Shown here piece by piece: positions 9,325 through 18,627 of a stretch of 64,000 nucleotides of DNA. The translations under genes and the position numbers were made by a program. Within the stretch, counting starts at the first letter, position 1, and every line of letters begins with the position of its first letter. Location of the stretch: assembly GCA_963815215.1 (NCBI GenBank), contig CAWFFU010000010.1, forward strand, positions 192,001 to 256,000, given 5' to 3'. This DNA comes from an uncultured Trueperaceae bacterium (GTDB lineage Bacteria; Deinococcota; Deinococci; Deinococcales; Trueperaceae). The notes beneath the pieces are model-generated. The model was given only the letters and a program-made list of their open reading frames with translations. It did not search any database and was not told the DNA's origin.

Positions 9325-12189
9325 TCACTCTCCTCTAACGTTCGGGCCGTCGGCGCCGTCGGCACCGACGGCCCGGTCGGGGGTCCCCTCGTCGAGCAAC
9401 TCGACGTAGCCCGCGTCGCCGTGCAGGCGGATGCGTTGCCCCGTCGCGATGATGGTGGTGGCGTTCTCCACCCCGACGACCGCGGGCAGCCCGTACTCGC
9501 GCGCCACCACCGAGCCGTGGGTCATGAGGCCGCCCACCTCCATCACCAGGCCTGCGGCCTGCGTGAACAGTGGGGTCCAGCCCGGGTCGGTGAAGGGGGC
9601 GACCAGGATCTCGCCGGGCTCGAGCCCGGCCTGGGCCGGATCGAGCACCACTCGCGCCCGCCCCTCCACCACGCCCGGCGACACGGCGCTGCCGACGAGC
9701 GCGCCGGCCGGTACGGTACCGGTCCGGTGGGCGAGCGCCGGGATGTAGCCCTCGCTGGTCATGAGCCTGGGGGGCGTCAGGCCCGCGAAGCGCTTCTGGT
9801 CCGCACGGCGGGCCGCCACGATGGCGCGCAGGTCGGGCTTCGCGCCGGCGGCCGCCCCGCTGCGCTCGTCGGCAGCCCGGTCACCGGCCTCGTGTTCGTC
9901 GGCGCCTCGTTCGTCTGTGCCTTGCTCGGCGACCGCGTGCGCCCCGGCCTCGTGCCCGCCGGCGGCCGCCAGGAGCTCCGGCCACGTCAGCCACCACACG
10001 TCCTCGCGCAGCTCCAGGCGACCCGCGGCCGCCAACTCGGCGCCGGCGTCCAGCACCAGCGGCCGGACCAGGTCGAGCGTCCGGACCAGCAGGTACTTGG
10101 GGTGCTCCCGCAGGACCGGAAGCGTGCGCGCCACGCGCGTCAGCCGTGCCACCAGCGGTCCGCGCAGCCAGCCCCAGGGCCCGCCACGAGCCGCACCGGC
10201 CAGGCGCTCGGCGGCGGCGGCGCCGGTCGCGGCCAGGGCGGCGTGGCGGGCCCGGTGTGCGCCCGCCGTCTCGTGCTGAAGATTGCTCGCGATCATGCCC
10301 AGGAGCGAGGTGGGGTCGTCGCGCCAGCGCGGTCGGGCGATGTCGATCTCGGCCGGCCCGCGCATGCCGTAGCGCTCCAGGAAGCCCTCCAATGCCTCCA
10401 GGAAGGCTGCGCCGCCGGCGCTCCGGCGGGCGTGCTCGAGGCGCTCCTGGGCGGTCCTCCGGCTGTCGGCGAGCCACGTCGCCAGCTCGGGGTACGGCCT
10501 GGCCGCATCGGCCACATCGCCCACCCGCAGGTCCATCTCGGTGGTGACGTTGCCGGAGAGCCCGCGGCTCACGGCGGCGACGTCCTCGTCGTGACCGGCC
10601 GGCGCCCAGCGCCTCAGCAGGTGGTAGCCGAGGATGCCGGCGGCGATGAAGGGCGGCAGCTTCCAGGCGCCCTCAAGGAAGACGTCCTCGAGTACGCGGT
10701 AGGCGGCGTGAAGACGCTGCGGGCCGGCGGCGGCGGCGAGATCGCGCCGGGCGCGGGCCAGGTAGCGCTCGACGGCGCGGTCGGCGGCGGGCGCAGCGCC
10801 GTTCAGGCGCCGGACCGTGAGCCAGGCCAGGCCGTGCAGGGCGACCGGCGCCATGCTACGGCGCAGCCCGGCCCAGCCGGCCCGTTCGCCGCGGCGCAGG
10901 AATTCCGGATCGGCAACCAGCTCTCGCAGCGCAGCCGGCGCCAGCGGATCGGCGTTGGCCAGGATGCCGGGGATGACGCGGCGCCCCAGCGGGTGGCGCA
11001 GCACCGGTGACAGGTCGAGGTACATGCGGCCCCCTGCCAGCGCCAGGTAGGGGTTCTCCTCGCCGTCGGGCCGGCCGAACGGCAGCAGCACGCGCCAGGT
11101 CGACAGCCCCAGCGGCGTCATGGGCTCGAGCACCCCCTGCGCGTGCGCGAAGCTGAAGTACAGGTGCAGGCCGCCGTCGGCGGGTCGCGGTTCGGGCAGC
11201 GGGTAGAGCGATGTGATGGGGCGGGCCTGCAGCGTCGTCAGCTCACCGCCGCGGTAGGCCCATTCGATGTCCTGCGGCAGGCCGAAATGCTCGGCGATGC
11301 GCGTTCCCAGCGCCGTGAGCTCCAGCACCTGGCGATCGGTCAGCGAGGCCGCGCGGCTACGCTCGTGCGGGAGCGCCACCCGCTCGACCCCGCCGTCGGC
11401 GGCCGCCACGATGCTCAGGCCCTTGTCGGCGATGTGACGCTCGACGATGGCGCCGTGGCGGCGGTCGACGCGGAAGCGATCGGCCGTCACCACGCCCGAG
11501 ACCAGCGCCTCCCCGAGACCGAACCCGGCGTCGATGACGGTGGTGAGGCGGTCGCCCGAGACCGGATCGGCGGTGAACAGGATGCCCGCCACGTCCGCGT
11601 CGACCATCCGCTGCACGACCACGGCCAGGGCCACCTCGCGATGGTCGAACCCGTTGCGCGCCCGGTAGAGGATGGCGCGCTCGGTGAACAAGGATGCCCA
11701 GCAGCAGCGCACCGCGTCCAGCAGGGCGCGCTCGCCGCGGACGTTGAGGTAGGTGTCCTGCTGGCCTGCGAAGGAGGCGCCCGGCAGGTCTTCGGCCGTG
11801 GCGCTGGAGCGCACTGCATAGGCGCGGTCGGCGCCGGCCCGCCGCCAGGCGCCCTCGATGTCGCGGGCCACCTCGTCCGGGATCGGCGCCGCCACCAGCA
11901 CGGTCCGCAGCCGTTCGCCGACGGCGCGGGCGCCGTCGGCGTCGTCGCGCGCCAGTGCTGCCAGCGCGTCGAGGAGCGGTGCGGCCTCGGAGGCGGAGGC
12001 CACGAAGGCGCGGTAGGCGTCGGTCGTCACGCAGAACCCCGGCGGAACCGGCAGCCCCGCGCGCGTCAGCTCGCCCAGGTTGGCCCCCTTGCCGCCGGCG
12101 CGCGCCACGTCCTCGGCGCCGAGATCGCCGAGCGCGATGACCCGGGGCGCCGGGGCGGGGGCGCTGTCCCGTCGGGGCTGCCGGCGCAC
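9325..12189 (-). CDS. PEP-synthase-like swivelling phosphotransferase, rifamycin phosphotransferase (Rph)-like
   Basis: GGKGANL, RSSATAEDLPGASFAGQQDTYLNV and QARPIT (ATP-grasp); central YGMRGPAEIDI..PRW and REHPK; C-terminal phospho-His domain GGLMTHGSVVAREYGLPAV. Confidence 0.82.
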   Translation of the reverse strand: MRRQPRRDSAPAPAPRVIALGDLGAEDVARAGGKGANLGELTRAGLPVPPGFCVTTDAYRAFVASASEAAPLLDALAALARDDADGARAVGERLRTVLVAAPIPDEVARDIEGAWRRAGADRAYAVRSSATAEDLPGASFAGQQDTYLNVRGERALLDAVRCCWASLFTERAILYRARNGFDHREVALAVVVQRMVDADVAGILFTADPVSGDRLTTVIDAGFGLGEALVSGVVTADRFRVDRRHGAIVERHIADKGLSIVAAADGGVERVALPHERSRAASLTDRQVLELTALGTRIAEHFGLPQDIEWAYRGGELTTLQARPITSLYPLPEPRPADGGLHLYFSFAHAQGVLEPMTPLGLSTWRVLLPFGRPDGEENPYLALAGGRMYLDLSPVLRHPLGRRVIPGILANADPLAPAALRELVADPEFLRRGERAGWAGLRRSMAPVALHGLAWLTVRRLNGAAPAADRAVERYLARARRDLAAAAGPQRLHAAYRVLEDVFLEGAWKLPPFIAAGILGYHLLRRWAPAGHDEDVAAVSRGLSGNVTTEMDLRVGDVADAARPYPELATWLADSRRTAQERLEHARRSAGGAAFLEALEGFLERYGMRGPAEIDIARPRWRDDPTSLLGMIASNLQHETAGAHRARHAALAATGAAAAERLAGAARGGPWGWLRGPLVARLTRVARTLPVLREHPKYLLVRTLDLVRPLVLDAGAELAAAGRLELREDVWWLTWPELLAAAGGHEAGAHAVAEQGTDERGADEHEAGDRAADERSGAAAGAKPDLRAIVAARRADQKRFAGLTPPRLMTSEGYIPALAHRTGTVPAGALVGSAVSPGVVEGRARVVLDPAQAGLEPGEILVAPFTDPGWTPLFTQAAGLVMEVGGLMTHGSVVAREYGLPAVVGVENATTIIATGQRIRLHGDAGYVELLDEGTPDRAVGADGADGPNVRGE

Positions 12190-12190
12190 G

Positions 12191-12991
12191 CTAGCTCGCC
12201 GCCCCGTCGAGGAACAGGCGTACGGCGAGCCTCGCCAGGGCGTCCGGATCGTCCATCGCCATGTCGTAGTGCTCAGGGCCGATCACGGCGAACGCCAGCA
12301 GCGTGCCGACGAACGCGAGTGCGAGGTGCCGGGGTGGCCCGGTCCGGGCCAGCCGCCCCGCCCCCGCTTCGCGCTCGAACAGTGTAGCCAGCCGGTCGAG
12401 CGTCCGTTCGGAGGAGCCCTTCAGGACGCGCAGCACCTCGAGTTCGTCCGGCGTACCGGCCAGCACGATCCTCATCAGATCGCGGTTGTCGCCGAACAGC
12501 GTCAGCGCCTCGCGGGCGATGGCGGTCAGATCGGTCGGGAGGTCGCCGCTCGAGCGCTCGACCCGGTCGTGCACCCGAGCCCGGCCGGCGGCGGCCCTCA
12601 CGAACGCCTCGAGCAGCCCCTCGCGACCGCCGAAGTGGCGGTAGACGGTGGCGACGCCGACGCCCGCCCGCTCGGCCACACGTTCGATGGTGGTTCCCGT
12701 CACGCCGCGTTCGGCCACCACCCGCCGCGCCGCGGCCAGGATGCGCGTGTGCGGGTCCTCTCGATCGGGGAGGCGCTCGCCGCGTGCGGCGAGCTGCGCC
12801 AGTACCGCTCTCTTGCTGCCGACACGGCGGTAGAGCGTGGCCCGTGACAGCCCGGTGCGGCGCTCGAGCTGCTCCATGGTGAAGGCGGCGCCGTGGCTGC
12901 GGCTGAGGGCCGCGGCGGCGCGGAGGATCGCCTCGGTGCGGCTATCGTCGTCCGTGCCGGCCGGAGGTGGGGCCGCATCGGGGGCTGACAT
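12191..12991 (-). CDS. TetR family regulator with two tandem HTH domains
   Basis: Two HTH motifs, TMEQLERRTGLSRATLYRRVGSK and TIERVAERAGVGVATVYRHFGGR, then a TetR C-terminal domain. Confidence 0.85.
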   Translation of the reverse strand: MSAPDAAPPPAGTDDDSRTEAILRAAAALSRSHGAAFTMEQLERRTGLSRATLYRRVGSKRAVLAQLAARGERLPDREDPHTRILAAARRVVAERGVTGTTIERVAERAGVGVATVYRHFGGREGLLEAFVRAAAGRARVHDRVERSSGDLPTDLTAIAREALTLFGDNRDLMRIVLAGTPDELEVLRVLKGSSERTLDRLATLFEREAGAGRLARTGPPRHLALAFVGTLLAFAVIGPEHYDMAMDDPDALARLAVRLFLDGAAS

Positions 12992-12994
12992 GGT

Positions 12995-13027
12995 TGATAG
13001 CCTAAGCTCTCACGACGTATCAGTCAA
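12995..13027 (-). promoter_or_regulatory. Leaderless promoter TTGACT-17-TAGGCT with overlapping imperfect palindrome TGAGAG-N6-CTATCA
   Basis: -10 lies 7 nt before ATG 12991; the palindrome straddles the -10, as expected for a TetR autorepression operator. Confidence 0.65.
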
Positions 13028-13128
13028 CGGTCCCCGGCCCGATCCCTGCTGAAGTGTCGGCCCGACCGGCCGAGTTCGGTGCCTATTCTCCGGTGGCCGC
13101 CGCGGCGCGGCGCGAGTAGAGTGCGGCC

Positions 13129-14244
13129 ATGACCCAACCGGTGCTGGATCTGCCCGTCGCTGCGGTCCCGGGCCGGCGCTCACCCGAGCTGCCACCGCGC
13201 GACGCGATGTTGAGGGCCACGCTCGAGCGTGACGCCACCCTCGACGGCGTGTTCTTCGTGGCCGTGCGCACCACCGGCATCTTCTGCCGTCCCTCGTGCC
13301 CGGCCCGCAAGCCCAAGCCCGAGAACGTCGAGTTCTTCGGCACTGCCAAGGAAGCGCTCTCCAGCGGCTACCGCCCTTGCCAGCGCTGTCACCCGCTGGA
13401 GCCGGCTGGCACCACCCCGGGCGCCATAAGGCAGCTGCTCGACGAGCTGGAGGCCGACCCCGGCCGCCGCCTGCGCGACGGCGACCTGCGTCAGCGTGGG
13501 CTCGATCCGGGTTGGGTGCGGCGCTGGTTCAAGAAGCACCACGGCATGACCTTCCACGCCTACCAGCGCGGGCGCAGGCTGGCCAAGGCCATCCATCAGC
13601 TGGCGGACGGCGCGCCCGTCGTCCACGCCGCGTTCGACAACGGTTACGACTCGCTCAGCGGCTTCCAGGACGCGCTGCGCGCCATCACCGGCCGCACCGC
13701 GTCGCAGAGTCGCGACGCGCGGCTCGTCCACGTCTCGCGGCTGGCCACGCCGCTGGGGCCGATGCTGGTCGCCGCCACCGACGACGCCGTGTGCCTGCTG
13801 GAGTTCACCGACCGTCCCATGCTGGAGACCCAGCTCAAGCGGCTCGCGAAGCGTCTAGAAGGCGCCTTCGTGCCGGGCCTGAACCCGGTCGGGCGGGCGC
13901 TCGAGCGTGAGCTCGCGGCGTACTTCCGTGGGGAGCTGCGAGCCTTCGAGACACCCCTGCTCACGGTCGGTACGGAGTTCCAGGAACGCGTCTGGCGCGA
14001 GCTCCGCTCTATCCCCTACGGGTCCACCCGGAGCTACGCCGAGCAGGCGTCCGGCATCGGCTCGCCCAAGGCGGTGCGCGCCGTCGCCCGGGCCAACGGG
14101 GACAACCGCCTGGCCATCGTCGTCCCCTGTCACCGTGTCATCGGGAGCGACGGGAAGCTGGTGGGGTACGGCGGGGGCCTGTGGCGCAAGCGCTACCTGC
14201 TGGAGTTGGAGCGGCGGGCGCGCGGCGCTCCGACGGCGGGCTGA
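13129..14244 (+). CDS. ada: Bifunctional transcriptional activator / O6-methylguanine-DNA methyltransferase
   Basis: Ada-N Zn motifs FCRPSC and PCQRC, AraC HTH, and MGMT active site VPCHRV. Confidence 0.93.
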   Translation: MTQPVLDLPVAAVPGRRSPELPPRDAMLRATLERDATLDGVFFVAVRTTGIFCRPSCPARKPKPENVEFFGTAKEALSSGYRPCQRCHPLEPAGTTPGAIRQLLDELEADPGRRLRDGDLRQRGLDPGWVRRWFKKHHGMTFHAYQRGRRLAKAIHQLADGAPVVHAAFDNGYDSLSGFQDALRAITGRTASQSRDARLVHVSRLATPLGPMLVAATDDAVCLLEFTDRPMLETQLKRLAKRLEGAFVPGLNPVGRALERELAAYFRGELRAFETPLLTVGTEFQERVWRELRSIPYGSTRSYAEQASGIGSPKAVRAVARANGDNRLAIVVPCHRVIGSDGKLVGYGGGLWRKRYLLELERRARGAPTAG

Positions 14245-14271
14245 CCGAACGCGGGCCCGAGGGCCGAGTCT

Positions 14272-15207
14272 CTAGCTCCGCAGCACGCTGAGCGGCAGGT
14301 AGCACGACACGATCCAGTTGGGCGCGTCGACCACCTCGCTGATCTTCAGGTCCGCCGCCACGCTGCACAGTACGTACGCCTTCTCGCGCGTCAGGCCGTG
14401 GTTGGCCGCCAGCCAGGCCACCATGTCGCGGACCGCGGTGCGGGCGTTCTGGTAGAGGTCGGGTCCGTGCGCGGTGGTGGCGAAGTAGCCGGCGCTGTCG
14501 GTGCGGGTGAGGGGGCTGGGCGTGGTGAACTGCAGCTCCCGTACGGTCAGGTCCTTGCGTACGCGGAAGCGCAAGGTCACCGTCATCGGCGCCTCGATGC
14601 CGGTGCCGCACACCTCGCCGTCGCCCTGCGCGGCGTGGCAGTCGCCGGTGGAGAAGAGCGCGCCCGGCGCCAGCACCGGGAAGTAGCCGGTGGCGCCGAC
14701 GGTGAGCCCGCGGATGTCGATGTTGCCGGCGTTGGCGCGCGGGGGTGCGGTGATCAGCCGGCCGGCCTCGGCCGGCGCCACGCCCATCACCCCGCAGAAC
14801 GGTTCGAAGGGGACCCTCACCGCGTCGGAGTCGCGGAAGCGGCAGGTGTCGCCGTCCAGCGTCCAGTGTTGCAGGTAGGGGGCGTCGAACTCGTCGGGGA
14901 TGAGTCCGATGCCGCGGGGCTTGAACGCGGTCCAGCCCCAGCCGTGATGCTCGAGCTCTAGGATCTCGACCTCGAGCGTGTCGCCCGGACGGGCGCCTTC
15001 CACGAACACCGGTCCGGTCAGCGCGTGGGCGCGGGACGCGTCGAAGGTCGCGTAGGCGTCCGCGTCCGATGCCGGCGTCACCTGGGCGTCGCTGGCGTCT
15101 TTGCACTCGAAGGTGACGGTGTCCCCCGAGTCGATCGTCAGGCGGGCGGGGTAGTCGCGGTCCCAGAAGGCATGGACCACGCTGTCGTCGAGGTGGTGCT
15201 CGGCCAC
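14272..15207 (-). CDS. Acetamidase/formamidase family protein
   Basis: HALTGPVFVEGARPGD, GNIDIR, GDCHAAQGDGEVCGTGIE and AYVLCSVAADL motifs. Confidence 0.9.
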   Translation of the reverse strand: MAEHHLDDSVVHAFWDRDYPARLTIDSGDTVTFECKDASDAQVTPASDADAYATFDASRAHALTGPVFVEGARPGDTLEVEILELEHHGWGWTAFKPRGIGLIPDEFDAPYLQHWTLDGDTCRFRDSDAVRVPFEPFCGVMGVAPAEAGRLITAPPRANAGNIDIRGLTVGATGYFPVLAPGALFSTGDCHAAQGDGEVCGTGIEAPMTVTLRFRVRKDLTVRELQFTTPSPLTRTDSAGYFATTAHGPDLYQNARTAVRDMVAWLAANHGLTREKAYVLCSVAADLKISEVVDAPNWIVSCYLPLSVLRS

Positions 15208-15301
15208 GGTGAGGCTCCTATTCGTCCGGACGCGTCTTCGGGCGCTCCGGAGGGGACGGCGCCCGCGGGACGCCGTGGCTCACGATACCGACCGACCAGG
15301 C

Positions 15302-16027
15302 TCAGCGCAGCCGCTTGCCCATCCACACGGCGCGACCGTCCTGTCCCTCGCCGAGAGGGATGAAGCCGAGGTGCTCGTAGAAGCCGATGGCGCGCGCGTT
15401 GGCCTCCGCCACCCCCAGGTGCACGCCGGCGGAGCCGTCCCGCCGCAGGGCCTCGAGTAGGCGTTCCATCAGCGCCCTGCCATGGCCGCGACCCTGGGAA
15501 GTGGGGAGCAGATCGATGTGCAGATGCGACGGATAGGACCGGAACGCCTCGGGCAGGATGCGGGGGAAAGCCTCGTCGGGATGGTGAAGCAGGTGCATCA
15601 GGCGCTGATCGGGCGTCCAGCGCTCCGGGTCGCCGCCCGGATCGGGGTAGCGATGTTGCAGTGGCGGCAACCAGTGCGCGCGGACGTGGGCGTGGAAGGC
15701 GACCGTGTCGAGCGCGCCGACGGCGTAGCCGGCCACACGGGAAAGGACGCTGGCAGGCAGGTTCGCAGCCACGCTGCCGACCCCGGCGCCGCCGTCCACG
15801 ACGCCCCCGACCGCCATCGGGCCAGCCGCCTCCTCGAGCACCAGCACGTGCTCCGGCTCGAGCGCGGCGTACGGGCCCACGTACAGGTGGCCGAGCAGCT
15901 CCGGGTCGTCGTGGAGTGTGCTGGCGTCCGCGCCTGCGTCGCCCGTCGCCAGGCACACCCGGTAGAGGCCGACGACGTCGTCCGGCCGGAAGGCGCGGAT
16001 GTAGCGGGCCCGCGCCGCCACGCTCAT
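15302..16027 (-). CDS. GNAT family acetyltransferase (OGA HAT-like-domain related)
   Basis: YVGPY, YPSHLHIDLLP..QGRGHG and GVHLGV..NARAIGFYEHLGF motifs; ATGA overlap with the GH84 gene. Confidence 0.88.
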   Translation of the reverse strand: MSVAARARYIRAFRPDDVVGLYRVCLATGDAGADASTLHDDPELLGHLYVGPYAALEPEHVLVLEEAAGPMAVGGVVDGGAGVGSVAANLPASVLSRVAGYAVGALDTVAFHAHVRAHWLPPLQHRYPDPGGDPERWTPDQRLMHLLHHPDEAFPRILPEAFRSYPSHLHIDLLPTSQGRGHGRALMERLLEALRRDGSAGVHLGVAEANARAIGFYEHLGFIPLGEGQDGRAVWMGKRLR

Positions 16028-17382
16028 CGGTGGACCTCCCGGCGACTCGCCGCGCCGCGGATGCGCGGTTCCGGCTCGGGCAGCATGCGCCGCAGCGTGC
16101 CGGCGAATCCGCGCCCGTAGGTGTTGTCGACGCCATCGCGCGGAGGCTCGGGCGCCCGTCCGTCGCGGCGCGCCGCCAGCTGCCGAACGGCGCGCGCGGC
16201 CTCGATCAGCACGTCCTGCACGTACGGGCGGAGGCTCACCACCAGTTCCCGATCGCGCAACTGCGACAGCCGTTCGGCGAGGTCGGCGAGTCGCGCCACG
16301 GTCCCCGCCACGGCGTCGAAGGTGGCGCCCCAGGCGGCGGGCGGGGTTGCCAGCAGAGTACCCACGTCGTCGAGGAACGCGCGCGCGGCCGGACCGTGCT
16401 CGAACGGCAGGTACAGGAAGTCGGCCAGGAAGGCCAGGTCGTCGGGGGTGGGGGGTTCGAGGCCGACCGGCTCGAGCGCGCTCGCCCAGTCACGGATGGC
16501 CTCCAGGAAGGCGGCGCGGGGTTCGAAGGCGTCGTCGTGCAGGTAGGCGGCCAGGGTCGCGAGCGGGACGGTGTCGGCGGCGAGCTCGCCGTTGGGATTG
16601 AGGAGGATGCCCGCGACCGCGTCGCGCAGGGCCGCGGGGCGTCCCTGGTAGGGACCGAGGTAGACGCGTCCCAGGTCGTAGTCGTTGGCGTGGAGGTTGT
16701 CCCACAGCAGCGGCTTGCGTCGCAGCGCGCGTGCCACCTCGCGCACGCCTTCGACGTCGATCGTCTCGGAAACGACGTCCGGACCGGTCCAGAAGACCTC
16801 GATGTCGGGGTCGAGGCGCTCGCCGAGCTCGCCCAGGTAGGGGCTCTCGCCCACGCCGGGGCGCGCCATGGCGCCGCAGTAGTCGGTGGGGCAGAAGAGC
16901 AACGTCCCGCCGCCCGCCGCCTGGAGCTGCGCATGAAGCCGGTTGGCGGCGTCGGCCTGGGCGGCGGCCAGGCTGCCGAAGCGGGCGGTGTCCTCGTCCG
17001 AGAGCGTGCGCGGCACGTCGTCGAACAGCAGCGCAACGGTGCGCACCCCCAGGGCGAGCGCCTGCGCCACCTTGCCCTGCAGCGCCGCCGCGTCCGCGTC
17101 GTCGGCGAAGCGCAGGTCGAGGCCGGGAGCCAGGGCGTAGGCGAAGGTCACACCCTCAGCGGCGGCTCCCTCCACCAACCTCGCCAGCTCCGTGCGCTCG
17201 GTGGCGTCGTACGGTTCGCGCCAGAGCAGGCGGTGCTTGAGGTCGTCCTTGGGCGCGAAGAGGTAGGTGCCGAGTCGCCACGCGCGCATCCGCGCGAACA
17301 GCGCCAGGCGCTGAGCCTCGCTCCAGGGGCGGCCGTAGAAGCCCTCGATCACGCCACCGCGGAAGACCGCATCGTCGCTCAT
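16024..17382 (-). CDS. GH84 O-GlcNAcase / beta-N-acetylglucosaminidase, cytoplasmic
   Basis: GVIEGFYGRPW, APKDD, FDD (catalytic DD), CPTDY, WTG and WDNLHANDY motifs; no signal peptide; GGAGG before ATG 17382. Confidence 0.92.
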   Translation of the reverse strand: MSDDAVFRGGVIEGFYGRPWSEAQRLALFARMRAWRLGTYLFAPKDDLKHRLLWREPYDATERTELARLVEGAAAEGVTFAYALAPGLDLRFADDADAAALQGKVAQALALGVRTVALLFDDVPRTLSDEDTARFGSLAAAQADAANRLHAQLQAAGGGTLLFCPTDYCGAMARPGVGESPYLGELGERLDPDIEVFWTGPDVVSETIDVEGVREVARALRRKPLLWDNLHANDYDLGRVYLGPYQGRPAALRDAVAGILLNPNGELAADTVPLATLAAYLHDDAFEPRAAFLEAIRDWASALEPVGLEPPTPDDLAFLADFLYLPFEHGPAARAFLDDVGTLLATPPAAWGATFDAVAGTVARLADLAERLSQLRDRELVVSLRPYVQDVLIEAARAVRQLAARRDGRAPEPPRDGVDNTYGRGFAGTLRRMLPEPEPRIRGAASRREVHR

Positions 17383-17484
17383 GTCCGCCTCCCTCGCCGC
17401 GTGCCGCGGCCCGGCTCCCAGGATAGGGGCCGCACGCCGGGCGCGCGGGGGCGCGGTGCGCGCGAGGGGCAGGTGGGCCGTAAC

Positions 17485-17667
17485 GGCGGCCAAGAACGGG
17501 CCGCGCGTCGCGACCTCGCCCTCACCTGGTTCGAGCAGGTGAAGGCTCCCATCAAGCGCCTGTACACCTTCGAGGATGCCGGTCACTCCGTCGCCTTCGA
17601 GCACTTCCAGGACCTGCACCGCATCCTGCTGGAGACGGTGCTGCCCGAGACCTACGCGCAGCGCTGA
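17485..17667 (+). pseudogene. C-terminal remnant of an alpha/beta hydrolase
   Basis: ...WFEQVKAPIKRLYTFEDAGHSVAFE... resembles the catalytic-His end of alpha/beta hydrolases; the N-terminal part and an RBS-supported start are missing. Confidence 0.65.
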
Positions 17668-17766
17668 GCGTCGCAGGGGCTGCGCTCGTCTCAGCGCACC
17701 GGCGGCAGTGGGTATCCCGCGCCCGTCCGACCGAGCCGCCGGCGCAGCTGGACGGGCGCGGTCGGC

Positions 17767-18570
17767 TCAGCTCCGCTGCGCGTTCGCGCGCACGGCCGCG
17801 GCCACGTAGACCGCCAGGCCCGGCGCGCGATCGTCGTAGTGCCTGGCGAAGCGCGGGTCCGCCTCGTACAGATCGGCCAGACCGGCGTGCATCTCCGTGC
17901 TGCAGTCGTAGAACCAGCGGCCGATGTGCTGCCGGTGCTCCTCGGCGGCGTCCATGGCCTCGGGAGCGTCCGCCGGCACGCCGGCGGCGTACGCCCGGGC
18001 GAGGCGACGTTCGATCCGCTCCGCTTCCTGCTGCATGCGCGTCCAGTCCTCCTTGCCGTAGCGCCGGGTGCGCTCCCGGCTCTGCCGGTAGGCGTCGGTG
18101 TCCCCCCAGCGTTCCTCGGCTTCGACGGCGTGTTCGGTCGGGTCGACGTCGCCGAAGACCTCCAACATCTCCTTGGGGTCGAGGTCGATTCCCATCTGGT
18201 AGGCCTCCATCGTCTTGTGCAGGGTGGCGCGCATCGCGGCGATGCGCTCCATGCGCGCCTCGAGCTGCGCCGCCTGGCGCCTGAGATGCTCGAGGCGATC
18301 GGTGGCGGGGTCGTCGAGCAGGTCGCGGATAGCGCTGAGCTCGAAGCCGAGCTCGCGATACGCGAGGATGCGTTGCAGCCGCTCGAGGTCGCCGGGGCTG
18401 TAGCGGCGGTAGCCGTTGGCGGCGCGCTCCGTCGGGCACAGCAAGCCGATGGCGTCGTAGTGGTGGAGCGTGCGGACGCTCACGGCCGCGATCGCCGCGA
18501 CGTCGCTCACGGCGTAGCGCCGTTGCGCCCGTCGGCCGGCCGACGGGCCGTGCTCCGGGGTACGGGTCAT
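17767..18570 (-). CDS. tipA: MerR family regulator with TipAS antibiotic-recognition domain
   Basis: VSVRTLHHYDAIGLL..ANGYRRY HTH; EAEERWGDTDAYRQS, WFYDC and YEADPRF TipAS motifs; GGAGG RBS. Confidence 0.88.
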   Translation of the reverse strand: MTRTPEHGPSAGRRAQRRYAVSDVAAIAAVSVRTLHHYDAIGLLCPTERAANGYRRYSPGDLERLQRILAYRELGFELSAIRDLLDDPATDRLEHLRRQAAQLEARMERIAAMRATLHKTMEAYQMGIDLDPKEMLEVFGDVDPTEHAVEAEERWGDTDAYRQSRERTRRYGKEDWTRMQQEAERIERRLARAYAAGVPADAPEAMDAAEEHRQHIGRWFYDCSTEMHAGLADLYEADPRFARHYDDRAPGLAVYVAAAVRANAQRS

Positions 18571-18596
18571 GCCCTGGTACCTCCTTCCCGGAGCGT

Positions 18597-18627
18597 AGCC
18601 TAGAGCCTCACGTACCGTGAGGGTCAA
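18597..18627 (-). promoter_or_regulatory. MerR-type promoter TTGACC-19-TAGGCT with operator CCTCACG-GTA-CGTGAGG
   Basis: 19-bp spacer containing a perfect 7-bp inverted repeat (18606-18622). Confidence 0.88.

Noticed and set aside
12991..13128. Rifamycin-associated element (RAE) upstream of the rph-like operon
   Set aside because: No match to the actinobacterial RAE palindrome was seen; only a TetR-type palindrome.
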